Below are positions 33,891-47,742 of a DNA stretch of 64,000 nt, piece after piece; position 1 is the stretch's first letter, and each line of letters starts with the position of its first letter. The position numbers and the translations under genes were made by a program. The stretch is from Eledone cirrhosa (lineage: Eukaryota), in assembly GCA_964016885.1 (NCBI GenBank), contig OZ024743.1, positions 287,370,001 to 287,434,000 of the forward strand. The letters are read 5' to 3'. A model generated the notes under the pieces. It was not told the origin of the DNA, did not search any database, and saw only the letters and a list, made by a program, of their open reading frames with translations.

Positions 33891-36800
33891 TTGTTTTCCT
33901 TTGTTTTTTTATGTCCTATCAACTAATCCGACCTCCAAAATGCTTGAAATTTTTTAGCATATTAACAACAAATATGATTTCCACTGCAAATAAAAATAAC
34001 TAGCTTTGTGAATGGTTTTTCCACCCACTTTCTGCCTTCATTTTTCTACAAAGCTAATCATTGACGATAGGTTTCAAAGTTATATTCATTCATATGTGAA
34101 AAAATAGTCAACTGCGAGCATTGGTGTGATGTAAATGGTAGGAGTAGGTGTTCTGTAATAAATTTACCATATATTGAAGTATGGTTATGGTGAAGTATAT
34201 GGTGTGGATTGGGGTAGATTAATATGCTGTGGTGTGCTTTGTTATAAGTGAGGATTTAAATTTCCACTTTGATTTATGTTAAAAAAAAAATTTTTCCTTC
34301 ATTTTTGCATGTGCTATCAACTTCCAAGAAGCTCGCAGTGGACTATGCTTTTAGCATATTAACAGAAAATATGACTTCCGCTGCAATAAAAAATGGCTAG
34401 CTTTGTAAATGGTATTTCCACCCACATCCTCCATCTTTTTTCTACAAAGCTAGTCATTTTCATCAGGTTTCCATGTCATAATCATTGATAATATGTGCAT
34501 GAAATAGTTATTTGCGAGCATCATTTATGTCAAATTGGGTGGTAAGCACAAAAAAAAAAAAAAAAAAAAAAATGCCAGATCAAAATTTGTCACACCAAAA
34601 TCAATAGTATGGTGTGGTTTGAAGTTTCTACAAAGATAGTAATTTACAACAGGTTTCCATGTCATAATTATTGATAAGTGGAAAAAAAATAGTCAATTGG
34701 GAGCACCTTTAATGTCAGGTAAGCACACAGGAAAAAAAAAAAGGAAACGGGAAGAAAATGTTTCACACCAAGATCAATAGCTTGGTGCGATGTAGTATGG
34801 TGTAACTTGGTATGGTGTGGTTTGGTTTGGTGAAGTTATGAAATTGAAACCAATTGTAAACGATAGATTCCCATGTCATATTCATTGATAATGTGTGGGA
34901 AAATAGTTATTTGCAAGCACCTTTGATGTTAGTTTGAGGTGGTAACCACAATAAAAAAATAAAAAAAAGCAGGTAGTAAATTTGTCACATTGATCTCCAT
35001 ACCATGGTGTGATGTAAATGGTAGGAGCAGATGTTCTGTAATAAATTTACCATATAGTGAAGTATATGGTGCGGATTGGGGTAGATTAATGTGCTGTGGT
35101 GTGCTTTGTTATAAGTGAAGATTTAAATTTCCACTTTGATTTATGTTAGAAAAAAAATTTTTCCTTCATTTTTGCATGTGCTATCAACTTCCAAGATGCT
35201 CGCAGTGGATTATGCTTTTAGCATATTAACAAAAAATATGACTTCCGCTGCAATAAAAAATGACTAGCTTTGTAAATGGTATTTCCACCCACATCCTCCC
35301 TTTTTCTACAAAGCTAGTCATTTTCATCAGGTTTTTATGTCATAACCATTGATAATATGTGCATAAAATAGTAATTTGCGAGCACCTTTTATGCCAAATT
35401 GAGTGGTAAGCACCAAAAAAAAAAAAAAAATGCCAGATGAAAATTTGTCACACCAGAATCAATAGCTTGATGTGTGGTTTGGTGAAGTTTCTACAAAGAT
35501 AGTAATTTTCGACAGTGAAGTATGGTTATGGTGAAGTATATGGTGTGGATTGGGGTAGATTAATGTGCTGTGATGTGCTTTGTTATAAGTGAGGATTTAA
35601 ATTTCCATTTTGATATATGTTAGAAAAAAAATGTTTCCTTCATTTTTGCATGTGCTATCAACTTCCCATGTCTCATTCATTGATAATGTGTGGGGAAATA
35701 GTTATTTGCAAGCACCTTTGATGTTAGTTTGAGGTGGTAACCACAAAAAAAAAAAAAAAAAAAAAAAATTAGGTAGCAAATTTGTCACATTGATTTCCAT
35801 ACCATGGTGTGATGTAAATGGTAGGAGCAGATGTTCTGTAATAAATTTACCATATAGTGAAGTATGGTTATGGTGAAGTATATGGTGTGGATTAGGGTAG
35901 ATTAATGTGCTGTGGTGTGCTTTGTTATAAGTGAGGATTTAAATTTCCATTTTGATATATGGTAGAAAAAAAATTTTTCCTTCATTTTTGCATGTGCTAT
36001 CAACTTCCAAGATGCTCGCAGTGGATTATTCTTTTTGCATATTAACAAAAAATATGACTTCCGCTGCAATAAAAAATGACTAGCTTTGTATATGGTATTT
36101 CCACCCACATCCTCCCTCTTTTCTACAAAGCTAGTCATTTTCATCAGGTTTTTATGTCATAACCATTGATAATATGTGCATAAAATAGTAATTTGCGAGC
36201 ACCTTTTATGCTAAATTGAGTGGTAAGCGCCAAAAAAAAAAAAAAAAAAAAAATGCCAGATGAAAAGTTGTCACACCAAAATCAATAGCTTGATGTGTGG
36301 TTTGGTGAAGTTTCTACAAAGATAGTAATTTTCGACAGGTTTCCATGTCATAATTATTGATATGTGAAAAAAAAAAAGTAAATTGGGAGCACCTTTAATG
36401 TCAGATTGGCACACACACAAAAAAAAAGGAAACAGGAAGAAAATGTTTCACACCAAGATCAATAGCTTGGTGCGATGTAGTATGGTGTAACTTGAGATGG
36501 TGTGGTTTGGTTTGGTGAAGTTATGAAATGGAAACCAATTGTAAACGATAGATTCCCATGTCATATTCATTGATAATGTGTGGGAAAATAGTTATTTGCA
36601 AGCACCTTTGATGTTAGTTTGAGGTGGTAACCACAAAAAAAAAAAAAAAAACCAGGTAGCAAATTTGTCACATTGATTTCCATACCATGGTGTGATGTAA
36701 ATGGTAGGAGCAGATGTTCTGTAATAAATTTACCATATAGTGAAGTATGGTTATGGTGAAGTATATGGTGTGGATTGGGGTAGATTAATGTGCTGTGATG

Positions 36801-39800
36801 TGCTTTGTTATAAGTGAGGATTTAAATTTCCATTTTGATATATGTTAGAAAAAAAATTTTTCCTTCATTTTTGCATGTGCTATCAACTTCCAAGATGCTC
36901 GCAGTGGATTATGCTTTTAACATATTAACAAAAAATATGACCTCTGCTGCAATAAAAAAATGACTAGCTTTGTAAATGGTATTTCCACCCACATCCTCCC
37001 TCTTTTTTCTACAAAGCTAGTCATTTTCATCAGGTTTTCATGTCATAACCATTGATAATATCTGCATAAAATAGTAATTTGCGAGCACCTTTTATGTCAA
37101 ATTGGGTGTTAAGCACCATAAAAAAAAAAAAAAAAAAAAAAAATGCCAGATGAAAATTTATCACCAAAATCAATAGTTGGTGTGATGTAGTATGGTGTGG
37201 TTTGGTGAAGTTTCTACAAAGATAGTAATTTTCGACAGGTATCCATGTCATAATTATTGATAAGTGGAAAAAAAATAGTCAATTGGGAGCACCTTTAATG
37301 TCAGATTGGGTGGTAAGCACACACACAAAAAAAAAGGAAACGGGAAGAAAATGTTTCACACCAAGATCAATAGCTTGGTGCGATGTAGTATGGTGTAACT
37401 TGGTATGGTGTGGTTTGGTTTGGTGAAGTTATGAAATGGAAACCAATTGTAAACGATAGATTCCCATGTCATATTCATTGATAATGTGTGGGAAAATAGT
37501 TATTTGCAAGCACCTTTGATGTTAGTTTGAGGTGGTAACCACAAAAAAAAAAAAAAACAGGTAGCAAATTTGTCACATTGATTTCCATACCATGGTGTGA
37601 TGTAAATGGTAGGAGCAGATGTTCTGTAATAAATTTACCATATAGTGAAGTATGGTTATGGTGAAGTATATGGTGTGGATTAGGGTAGATTAATGTGCTG
37701 TGGTGTGCTTTGTTATAAGTGAGGATTTACATTTCCATTTTGATATATGGTAGAAAAAAAATTTTTCCTTCATTTTTGCATGTGCTATCAACTTCCAAGA
37801 TGCTCGCAGTGGATTATGCTTTTTGCATATTAACAAAAAATATGACTTCCGCTGCAATAAAAAATGACTAGCTTTGTATATGGTATTTCCACCCACATCC
37901 TCCCTCTTTTCTACAAAGCTAGTCATTTTCATCAGGTTTTTATGTCATAACCATTGATAATATGTGCATAAAATAGTAATTTGCGAGCACCTTTTATGCT
38001 AAATTGAGTGGTAAGCGCCAAAAAAAAAAAAAAAATGCCAGATGAAAATTTGTCACACCAAAATCAATAGCTTGATGTGTGGTTTGGTGAAGTTTCTACA
38101 AAGATAGTAATTTTCGACAGGTTTCCATGTCATAATTATTGATATGTGAAAAAAAAAGTAAATTGGGAGCACCTTTAATGTCAGATTGGGTGGTAAGCAC
38201 ACACACAAAAAAAAAGGAAACGGGAAGAAAATGTTTCACACCAAGATCAATAGCTTGGTGAGATATAGTATGGTGTAACTTGGTATGGTGTGGTTTGGTT
38301 TGGTGAAGTTATGAAATGGAAACCAATTGTAAACGATAGATTCCCATGTCATATTCATTGATAATGTGTGGGAAAATAGTCATTTGCAAGCACCTTTGAT
38401 GTTAGTTTGAGGTGGTAACCACAAAAAAAAACAAAAAAAACAGGTAGCAAATTTGTCACATTGATTTCCATACCATGGTGTGATGTAAATGGTAGGAGCA
38501 GATGTTCTGTAATAAATTTACCATATAGTGAAGTATGGTTATGGTGAAGTATATGGTGTGGATTGGGGTAGATTAATGTGCTGTGATGTGCTTTGTTATA
38601 AGTGAGGATTTAAATTTCCATTTTGATATATGTTAGAAAAAAAATTTTTCCTTCATTTTTGCATGTGCTATCAACTTCCAAGATGCTCGCAGTGGATTAT
38701 GCTTTTAACATATTAACAAAAAATATGACCTCTGCTGCAATAAAAAAATGACTAGCTTTGTAAATGGTATTTCCACCCACATCCTCCCTCTTTTTTCTAC
38801 AAAGCTAGTCATTTTCATCAGGTTTTCATGTCATAACCATTGATAATATCTGCATAAAATAGTAATTTGCGAGCACCTTTTATGTCAAATTGGGTGTTAA
38901 GCACCATAAAAAAAAAAAAAAAAAAAAAAATGCCAGATGAAAATTTATCACCAAAATCAATAGTTGGTGTGATGTAGTATGGTGTGGTTTGGTGAAGTTT
39001 CTACAAAGATAGTAATTTTCGACAGGTATCCATGTCATAATTATTGATAAGTGGAAAAAAAATAGTCAATTGGGAGCACCTTTAATGTAAGATTGGGTGG
39101 TAAGCACACAGACAAAAAAAAAAGGAAACGGGAAGAAAATGTTTCACACCAAGATCAATAGCTTGGTGCGATGTAGTATGGTGTAACTTGGTATGGTGTG
39201 GTTTGGTTTGGTTTGGTTAAGTTATGAAATGGAAACCAATTGTAAACGATAGATTCCCATGTCATATTCATTGATAATGTGTGGGAAAATAGTTATTTGC
39301 AAGCACCTTTGATGTTAGGTTGAGGTGGTAACCACAAAAAAAACCCCAAAAAACAGGTAGCAAATTTGTCACATTGATTTCCATACCATGGTGTGATGTA
39401 AATGGTAGGAGCAGATGTTCTGTAATAAATTTACCATATAGTGAAGTATGGTTATGGTGAAGTATATGGTGTGGATTGGGGTAGATTAATGTGCTGTGGT
39501 GTGCTTTGTTATAAGTGAGGATTTAAATTTCCATTTTGATATATGGTAGAAAAAAATTTTTTCCTTCATTTTTGCATGTGCTATCAACTTCCAAGATGCT
39601 CGCAGTGGATTATGCTTTTTGCATATTAACAAAAAATATGACTTCCGCTGCAATAAAAAATGACTAGCTTTGTAAATGGTATTTCCACCCACATCCTCCC
39701 TCTTTTTTCTACAAAGCTAGTCATTTTCATCAGGTTTTTATGTCATAACCATTGATAATATGTGCATAAAATAGTAATTTGCGAGCACCTTTTATGCCAA

Positions 39801-41150
39801 ATTGAGTGGTAAGCGCCAAAAAAAAAAAAAAAATGCCAGATGAAAATTTGCCACACCAAAATCAATAGCTTGATGTGTGGTTTGGTGAAGTTTCTACAAA
39901 GATAGTAATTTTCGACAGGTTTCCATGTCATAATTATTGATAAGTGGAAAAAAATAGTCAATTGGGAGCACCTTTAATGTAAGATTGGGTGGTAAGCACA
40001 CACAAAAAAAAAAAAGGAAACGGGAAGAAAATGTTTCACACCAAGATCAATAGCTTGGTGAGATATAGTATGGTGTAACTTGAGATGGTGTGGTTTGGTT
40101 TGGTGAAGTTATGAAATGGAAACCAATTGTAAACGATAGATTCCCATGTCATATTCATTGATAATGTGGGAAAATAGTCATTTGCAAGCACCCTTGATGT
40201 TAGTTTGGGTGGTAACCATAAAAAAAAAAAAAAAAGCATGTAGCAAATTTGTCACATTGATACCAAGGTGTGATGTAAATGATAGTAGGTGTTCTGTAAT
40301 AAATTTACCATAATATGGTGCTGTTTGATATGGTGTGGTTTGGGGTAGATTAATGTGGTGTGGTGTGCTTTGTTATAAGTAAGAAATTAAATTTCCACTT
40401 TGATTTATGTAAGAAAAAAATGTTTCCCTTCACTTTTGCATGTGCTATCAACTAATACAACTTCCAAGATGCTCGCAGTGGACTATGCTTTTAGCATATT
40501 AACAAAAAATATGACTTCCGCTGCAATAAAAAATGACTAGCTTTGTAAATGGTATTTCCACCCACATCCTCCCTCTTTTTTCTACAAAGCTAGTCATTTT
40601 CAACAGTTTTCCATGTCATAATTATTGATAACATGTGCGAAAAATAGTCAATTGCAGCACTTTTGATGTCAGATTGGGTGGTAAGAACACAAAAAAAAAA
40701 AAAGAAACAGGAAGAAAATTTTTCACACTGAGATCAAAAGCATGGTGTGATGTAGAATGGTGTAGTTTGTTATGGTGTGGTTTGGATTGTTGTAGTTATG
40801 ACATGGGAACCTATTGCAAATGATAGGTTTCCATGTTATATACATTGATAATGTGTAAAAAAATAGTCATTTGTGAGCACCTTTGATATCAGATTGGATG
40901 GTAAGCACACACACACACAGAAAAAAAAAACAGGAAGAAAAATGTTCTCACTGAGATTAATAGCATGATGTGATGTAGTATGGTGTAGTTTGTTATGGTG
41001 TGGTTTGGTTTGGTGTGGTTTGGTTTGATGTAGTTTGGTATGGTTTCGTTTGGTGTAGTTATAACATGGAAACCAATCATAAATTTACCAAGGTATGGTA
41101 TAATCTGGTTTGGTGTAGTGTAGGTTAATGTGGTGTGGTGTGTTATTGTG
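33890..41150. repeat. Satellite array: about 0.9-kb unit built from diverged subrepeats, with a roughly 1.79-kb dimeric higher-order period
   Basis: Anchor ccatggtgtgatgtaaatggtaggag near 35002, 35802, 36686, 37590, 38473 and 39385. Matching spurious ORFs at 35902, 37690 and 39486. Confidence 0.93.
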
Positions 41151-41239
41151 TTGCATCGTATAGCGTGATTGTCTTTAAATAAAAATCATTAAAATGTAAT
41201 GCCTATCTTCTATATCTTAAAGAGTGACCTTAAATGTGA

Positions 41240-44200
41240 TTGCAAATGACTTTTTTCTCTGGATTAATGTTAGTGTAAGTTTTACTGTTAATGGTAAGTT
41301 TATTGTTCGTGACTGTGTTACTGTTAGCATTACTGTCACTGCCAGTGTTACTGTAACTGTTACTGTCTGCATCAGCGTTAGCATTTGCATAAGCGTCTAT
41401 GTAAGCTTTTATGTTAGTGTCTATGTGGACTGGTGTTAGCATCTGCGTTAGTGTTTGCGTAAGTGTCAGCATTTGCGTCAGCGTCTGCATTGGTGATAGT
41501 GATTGTGTCAGCATTTCCCTTAGCGTCTGAGTCAACATTAGTGTTTGTTTCAGTGCCTGCGTCTACGTCAGCTTCTGAGTCAGCATTATCATTAGCGTCC
41601 GCATCAGGACTTGTCAGTGTCAGCGTTTGCATCAGCGTGCACGTCAGCATTTGCATTAGTGTTTGAGTCAGTGTTAGCATCAACGTTTGCATTTGTGTAG
41701 GGGTTAGCATTTGCGTCAGCATCTGCATCAGCATTCACATTAGCATTAGCGTTTGCGACAGTGTTTCCTTTAACGTCTTTGTCAGCATTTCCGTTAGCTT
41801 CTGCGTCAGTGTTTACGTCAGCGTCTGTGTCAGCGTCAGTATTTACATCTACATCAGTGTCAGCGTTTCAGTTAACGTCAGTGTTTACGTTAGCGTCTGT
41901 GTCAGCATTTACGTTAGCTTCTACGTCAGCGTTTCCTTAACGTGTATGTCAGCGTTTTCCGTTAGCATTAGCGTTTCCATTAACCTTTCCTGTGGCGTCC
42001 GCATCAATGCAGCGTCTGCATATCCCATGTAGGCGTTAACTTCAGCATTTTCGTCAGCGTTAGCGTTAGCCTTAGCCCTAGCGTCCGCATCAGCATTTGC
42101 GTTAGCGTCAGCATACACGTCAGCGCCGGCAAAACTGCCTCAACATTTGCGTCAGCGTTAGCTTGGCTTTGGCTTCAGCAATCCGCATCAGCAATTGCGT
42201 TTTGGAGATCAGCTTCGGCGGTAAGGGTAAACGCTAACTTCTACGCCTGCTTCTACGTAACAACTACGTCAGCGTTTTGTTAGCTTCTACGTCAGCGTTT
42301 ACGTTAGCTTCTACGTCAGCATCTACGTCAGCTTCTACGTCAGCGTCTACGTTAACATCTACGTCATCGTTTACGTTAGCTTCTACGTCAGTATCTATAT
42401 TAGTTTCTACGTCAGCGCTTACATTAGTGTCTGTGTCAGCGTTTGTGTTAGCTTCTACGTCAGCGTCTGTATTTACATCTACATCAGCGTCAGCGTTTAC
42501 ATTTGCGTCTGTGTCAGCGTTTATGTTAGCATCTGCGATAGTGTTTATATTAGCATCTGCGTAAGTGTTTACGTTAGCATCTGTGTTAACGTGTGTTAGT
42601 GTCTGTGTCAGCGTCTGCGTCAGCATCAGTGTTTCCTTTAGCTTCTATGTCGATGTTTACGTCTGCGTTAAGGTTCACATTAGCATCGCTGTCATCATTG
42701 CGTTTGCTTTAACATCTGCATCAACATTTGCTTTAGTGTTTGCATTAGTGTCTGCATTTGCTTTAGTGTTTGCATCACCATGAGCATTTGTGTCAGTGTC
42801 CATGTCAGCGTTAGAGTCTGTGTAGCATTTACATCAGCGTGTGTGTCAGAGTCTTTGTCAGCATTCGCTTTTGCATCTGCATCAGTATTCACGTTAGTGT
42901 TTGTGTCAGCGTAAGCGATTGTGTCAACATTTGTGCTAGCGTTTGTGCCAGCATAGCCATCTTCGTCAGTGTCAGCGTTGGCATTAGTGTTTCCATTAGT
43001 GTTCGTGTTTGATTTTGTATTAGTGTTAGCATTTTTGTTAGTGTTCAGGTTAATGTTGACTTAGTTTTCTGGTTAGTGTTAGTTTTCAGATTAGGACTCG
43101 TGTTACTTTTAGTGTTAGTGCTCAGGTTAGTGGTTTATGGCAGTGTTAGTGTTCAGGTTAATGTTCGTGTTAATGTCAGTTTTAGTGTTAGTGTTTACGG
43201 TAGTGTTAGTTTTAGTGTTAGTGTTATTTTTTCCATTAGTGTTAGTGTTTTATTTTGTGTTAATGTTTGTGTTAGTGTTTCCATTAGTGTTAGTCTTTGT
43301 TTTTCTGTTAATGTTAGTGTTTGTTTTAGTGTTGAGGTTAATGTTAGCTTAGTTTTCTGGTTAGTATCAGTTTTAGTGTTAGTGTTTTTTTTAGTGTTAG
43401 TTTTTATGGTAGTGTTAGTGTTTAGGTTAATGTTAGTTTTAGTGTAAGTGTTCGAGTTAGTGTTAGTGTTTGTTTTTGTGTTAATATTTGTGTTAGTTTT
43501 AGTGTAAGTGTTCAGGTTAGAGTTAGTGTTAGTGTTAGTATTTGTTTTTGTGTTAATATTTGTGTTAGTATCTCTGTTAGCGATTGTGTTAGCGTTAGTC
43601 TTTGTTTTTGCGTTAATGTTAGCGTTAGTATTTCTGTTAGTGTTAGCATTAGTGTTTATGTTAGTGTTCAGGTTAGAGTTAGTGTTCAAGTTAATGTTAG
43701 TTTTAGTGTTGAGGTTAGTGTCAGAGATTGCTTTAGTGTTTGTTTTTGTGTTAATGTTAGCATTAGTATTTCTGTTAGTGTTAGCATGTGTGTTAGAGTT
43801 CAGGTTAATGTTAGCTTAGTTTTCAGGTTAGTGTTAAAGTTAATGTTAGTTTTAGTGTTAAAGATTGTGTTAGTGTTTGTTTTTGTGTTAGTATCTCTGT
43901 TAGTGTTAGTTTTAGTGTAAGTGTTCAGGTTAGTGTTAGACATTGTGTTAGTGTTAGTATTTGTTTTTGTGTTAATATTTGTGTTAGTATCTCTGTTAGA
44001 ATTAGTGTTTGATGTTTCCATTAGTGTTAGTGATTGTGTTAGTGTTTGTTTTAGTGTTGAGGTTAATGTTAGTTTAGTTTTCTGGTTAGTATCAGTTTTC
44101 GTGTTAGTTTTAGTGTTAGTGTTAGTGTTTTTTTTAGTGTTACTGTTTATGGTAGTGTTAGTTTTAGTGCTCGTGTTTAGGTTAATGTTAGTTTTAGTGT

Positions 44201-45120
44201 AAGTGTTAATGTTAGTTTTAGTGTTAAGGTTAGTGTTAGAGATTGTGTTAGTGTTTGTTTTTGTGTTAATATTTGTGTTAGTATCTCTGTTAGGATTAGT
44301 GATTGATGTTTCCATTAGTGTTACTGATTGTGTTAGCGTTAGTCTTTGTTTTTGTGTTAATGTTAGCATTAGTATTAGTATTTCTGTTAGTGTTAGCATG
44401 AGTGTTTGTGTTAGTGTTCAGGTTAGTGTTAAAGTTAATGTTAGAGATTGTGTTAGTGTTTGTTTTAATATTTGTATTAGTATCTCTGTTAGTGTTAGTT
44501 TTAGTGTAAGTGTTCAAGGTAATGTTAGTGTTAGTTTTAGTGTTAAGGTTAGTATTTGTTTTTGTGTTAATATCTCTGTTAGCATTAGTGTTTGATGTTT
44601 CCATTAGTGTTAGTGATTGTGTTAGCGTTAGTCTTTGTTTTTGTGTTAAGGTTAGCGTTAATGTAAGCATTAGTATTTCTGTTAGTGTTCAGGTTAATGT
44701 TAGCTTAGTTTTCAGGTTAGAGTTAGTGTTCAAGTTAATGTTAGTTTTAGTGTTAGTGTTTGTTTTTGTGTTAGTATCTCTGTTAGCGTTAGTGTTTGTT
44801 TTAGTGTTGAAGTTAATGTTAGCTTAGTTTTCTGGTTAGTATCAGTTTTCAGATTAGTGTTTGTGTTAGTGTTACTTTTAGTGTTAGTGCTCATGTCAGT
44901 GTTAGTGTTTATGGTAGTGTTAGTTTTAGTGCTAGTGTTCAGGCTAATGTTTGTGCTAATGTTAGTTTTAGTGTAAGTGTTCAGGTTAGTGTTAGAGTTT
45001 GTATTAGTGTTAGTGTTTGTGTTAGTTTTCTATTTAATGTTAGTTTTCAGATTTTGTGTTTGTGTTAGTTTTCATGTTAGCGCTAAGTTCACTGTTAGAG
45101 CATGTGTGAGTGCAAGTGTT
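41240..45120. repeat. Degenerate hexamer array grading from (GTCAGC/GTTAGC)n to (GTTAGT)n
   Basis: Seen directly; strong G/T strand skew; no long uninterrupted ORF. Confidence 0.9.
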
Positions 45121-46374
45121 AGGGTACGTGTTATTTTTAAAGTTCGGTTTTAGCTTAAAGTTAGGTTTTTTACTTTCCAGGAAAAAAGTTGATCCTCTCC
45201 AACTTGAGTGGTGTGATATAGTGTGGTAACGTATAGTGTTTCATAGTCTTGTGTGGTGTTGTCTATTGTTGTATAGTGTAGTATGGTATATTGTTTCATA
45301 GCATGGTCTGATGTGAGTTAATACAGTGTTTCGTCGTGTGGTGTTGGATAATGTGGTATGGTATAATGTTTGTCAGTGTGGTATGGTATAGGTTGATGTA
45401 GTGTGGCTTAGTTTGATTATAATAATACAAATAATAATAACAGTAATAATAGTGATAATAATTGTTCTTCTTGTTCATTTTCTTTGTCTTCTTCTGTGCC
45501 TTTGACTTCTTCTGTGCCTTTATCTCTCCTCTGCCATCTAAATACCAAAAACAAAGAGTGTAAAACATATGTTACCTATCTCTCAGACTTTACAAAGTGC
45601 TGAGGAGATAAAGTTAATTTAAAGAGCAGTGTGTTCACATCCTATAATGTAGCTTATAAGCTATTTCATAACTAAAAAACAATGTCAAACATCAACAAAA
45701 ATATATACAAATATCTTTGAATGTTTAAGTTAAACCTAAATAGATCGTATCTACAGGTCATTAGGTTAAGGTTGAACTAAGATCATATCTATAAATCATT
45801 AGGTTTAGACTGAACTGAGATCATACTTTCTTCTTCTTTTAGTCATCTTCGTTTCCCGTGTCTTCTTTGTCTTTGTTGTCATTTTCAATTTAGTCGTCTG
45901 CTTCATCGTCCTTTTCTTCTTTTCCATCTAAATATAAAAAAAAATTGTAAACAAATATATAGCTGATCTCTCAGACTTTCACGAAACACCGAGGAGATAC
46001 AGTTAATATAACAAGTGGGGAGCTCATATATATATATATATGGTATAGCATGGTGTTATGTGGTGTGGTATGATATGGTGAGGTGGGGGAGGGGGGACAC
46101 AACGTTAGATTAATGTTAACAATACACATGTAGCATCCACATGTGATGAGAAGGGGGAAACAGTGTTTAACTAATTTTAACATTACATGTAGCATCCATC
46201 TACAGGTGATTAAGGTGACTGAGGTGTAATCATATGAAAAGGTCAATTTAAAACTACACTGAGATTCTGCTTAAAATGATGGTCAATGAAGTGTTTACTT
46301 ACTCAGATCCCTTGAAATAACTTTCTTTCTCTTACTGTAACTGGACATACCTACGAAATAGAAAACAGTCGAAT

Positions 46375-46715
46375 AGACAGTGGTGTGGTGTGGTGTAGTG
46401 TAGTGTAGTGTAGTGTGGTTTAGTGTAGTGGACAGTGGTGTAGTGTAGTGTAGTGGAGTGTGGTTTAGTGTAGTGGACAGTGGTGTGGTGTAGTGTAGTG
46501 GAGTGTGGTTCAATGTAGGGTGGGGGATATGGTGTAATGGAGTGTGGTGGGATGTAGTGTGGTAGCATGTGGTGTGATGTGATGTGGCGTGGTGAAATGT
46601 GATGTGATGTGATGAAATGTGGTGTGGCATGGTGAAATGAGGCGAGACCAGACCAGACGTGACGTGGTGTGATGTGATGGCGTGCGGAGTGATTTGATGT
46701 GGTGTGATGTGATGT
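46375..46715. repeat. (GTGTA/GTGTG/GTGAT)n pentamer repeat; a similar tract lies at about 47745-47965
   Basis: Seen directly. Confidence 0.9.
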
Positions 46716-47742
46716 GAAATTTTTTCATCCTATTTTTCATGTGCTATCAACTAATCCAATCTCCAAGATACTTGAAACTGACCCCCCCCCCGGAAAACGG
46801 CGGGGTGAGGTGGTTCCCCCTTCACCCGGATAACCCCTGCTTACTCGGAATTTTCTCTTTGATTGTATTTTCATGCGTTATCAGTGAATATGACTTCCAA
46901 ACCAGTCAAAAACAACTAGCTCTGGAGAAAGAGGGGAAGAGTTTTGCAGATCTACACCCCACTCACATGTTGTGGGACTTAAACATTTTCGGTATATTTC
47001 CTGTACTATTTCCTATGCTATTACCTATGCTATTACCTATGCTATTACCTATGCTATTTCCTGTGCTATTTCCTGTGCTATTAATTAATCTGACCTCCTA
47101 GATGCTTCCAATCAACTTATTTCCCTGGGTTAGGTTTAGGGTTGGGGTAAAGTTTAGGGTTTAGTTTTAGGGTTGGGGTAATGTTTAGGGTCTAGTTTTA
47201 GGTTTGGGGTAAAGTTTAGGGTTTAGTTTTATGGTTGGGGTAAAGTTTAGGGTTTAGTTTTATGGTTGGGGTATAGTTTAGGGTTTAGTTTAAGGGTTGG
47301 GGTAATGTTTATATTTAGATTTAGCTTGGTTTGGTATAGATTTAGAGTTTAGGGTTGGGGCTAGATTTAATTTTATGTTTAATTTAGTTTTAGTTTCCAA
47401 ACACCAGAAAAAAAAAATTGATTCAGAGCAACTAAAAGGTCAGATTAGTTGATAGCACTGAAAAGGAGACCGAAGAAAAATCATTAGGGTATATATCTAC
47501 AAAACGACAATGGTTTTTCCACCTGCTTTACCCCTCCTTTTTCCTAGAACAACTAATCATTTCCAACTGGTTTGGAGGTCATATTCGTTGATAACATACG
47601 AAAAATCTTAGAGAAAACTCTGGGGTTAAATGAGAGAAGTGCATCCACCTAAGTTTTCCATGAAGAGAGAGTCAATAACAAACATCTTGGAGTTCGGATT
47701 AGTTGATAACACATGAAAAAAAGATGAGGAAAAATTTTTGGG
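46716..47742. mobile_element. Degenerate foldback-type element with long inverted arms and a central 31-bp G-rich tandem repeat
   Basis: About 46716-46774 versus 47681-47740, 46850-46960 versus 47485-47620 and 47070-47120 versus 47415-47460 are inverted homologues. The centre (47127-47395) has gttggggtaaagtttagggtttagttttagg units. Confidence 0.6.

Noticed and set aside
33890-41150. CRISPR-like array or repeated 68-80 aa protein genes
   Set aside because: There are no unique spacers or cas genes in a eukaryotic context. The ORFs are incidental and broken in alternate units.
47127-47395. Interstitial telomere
   Set aside because: It is a 31-bp composite unit rather than (TTAGGG)n, and it lies between inverted arms.
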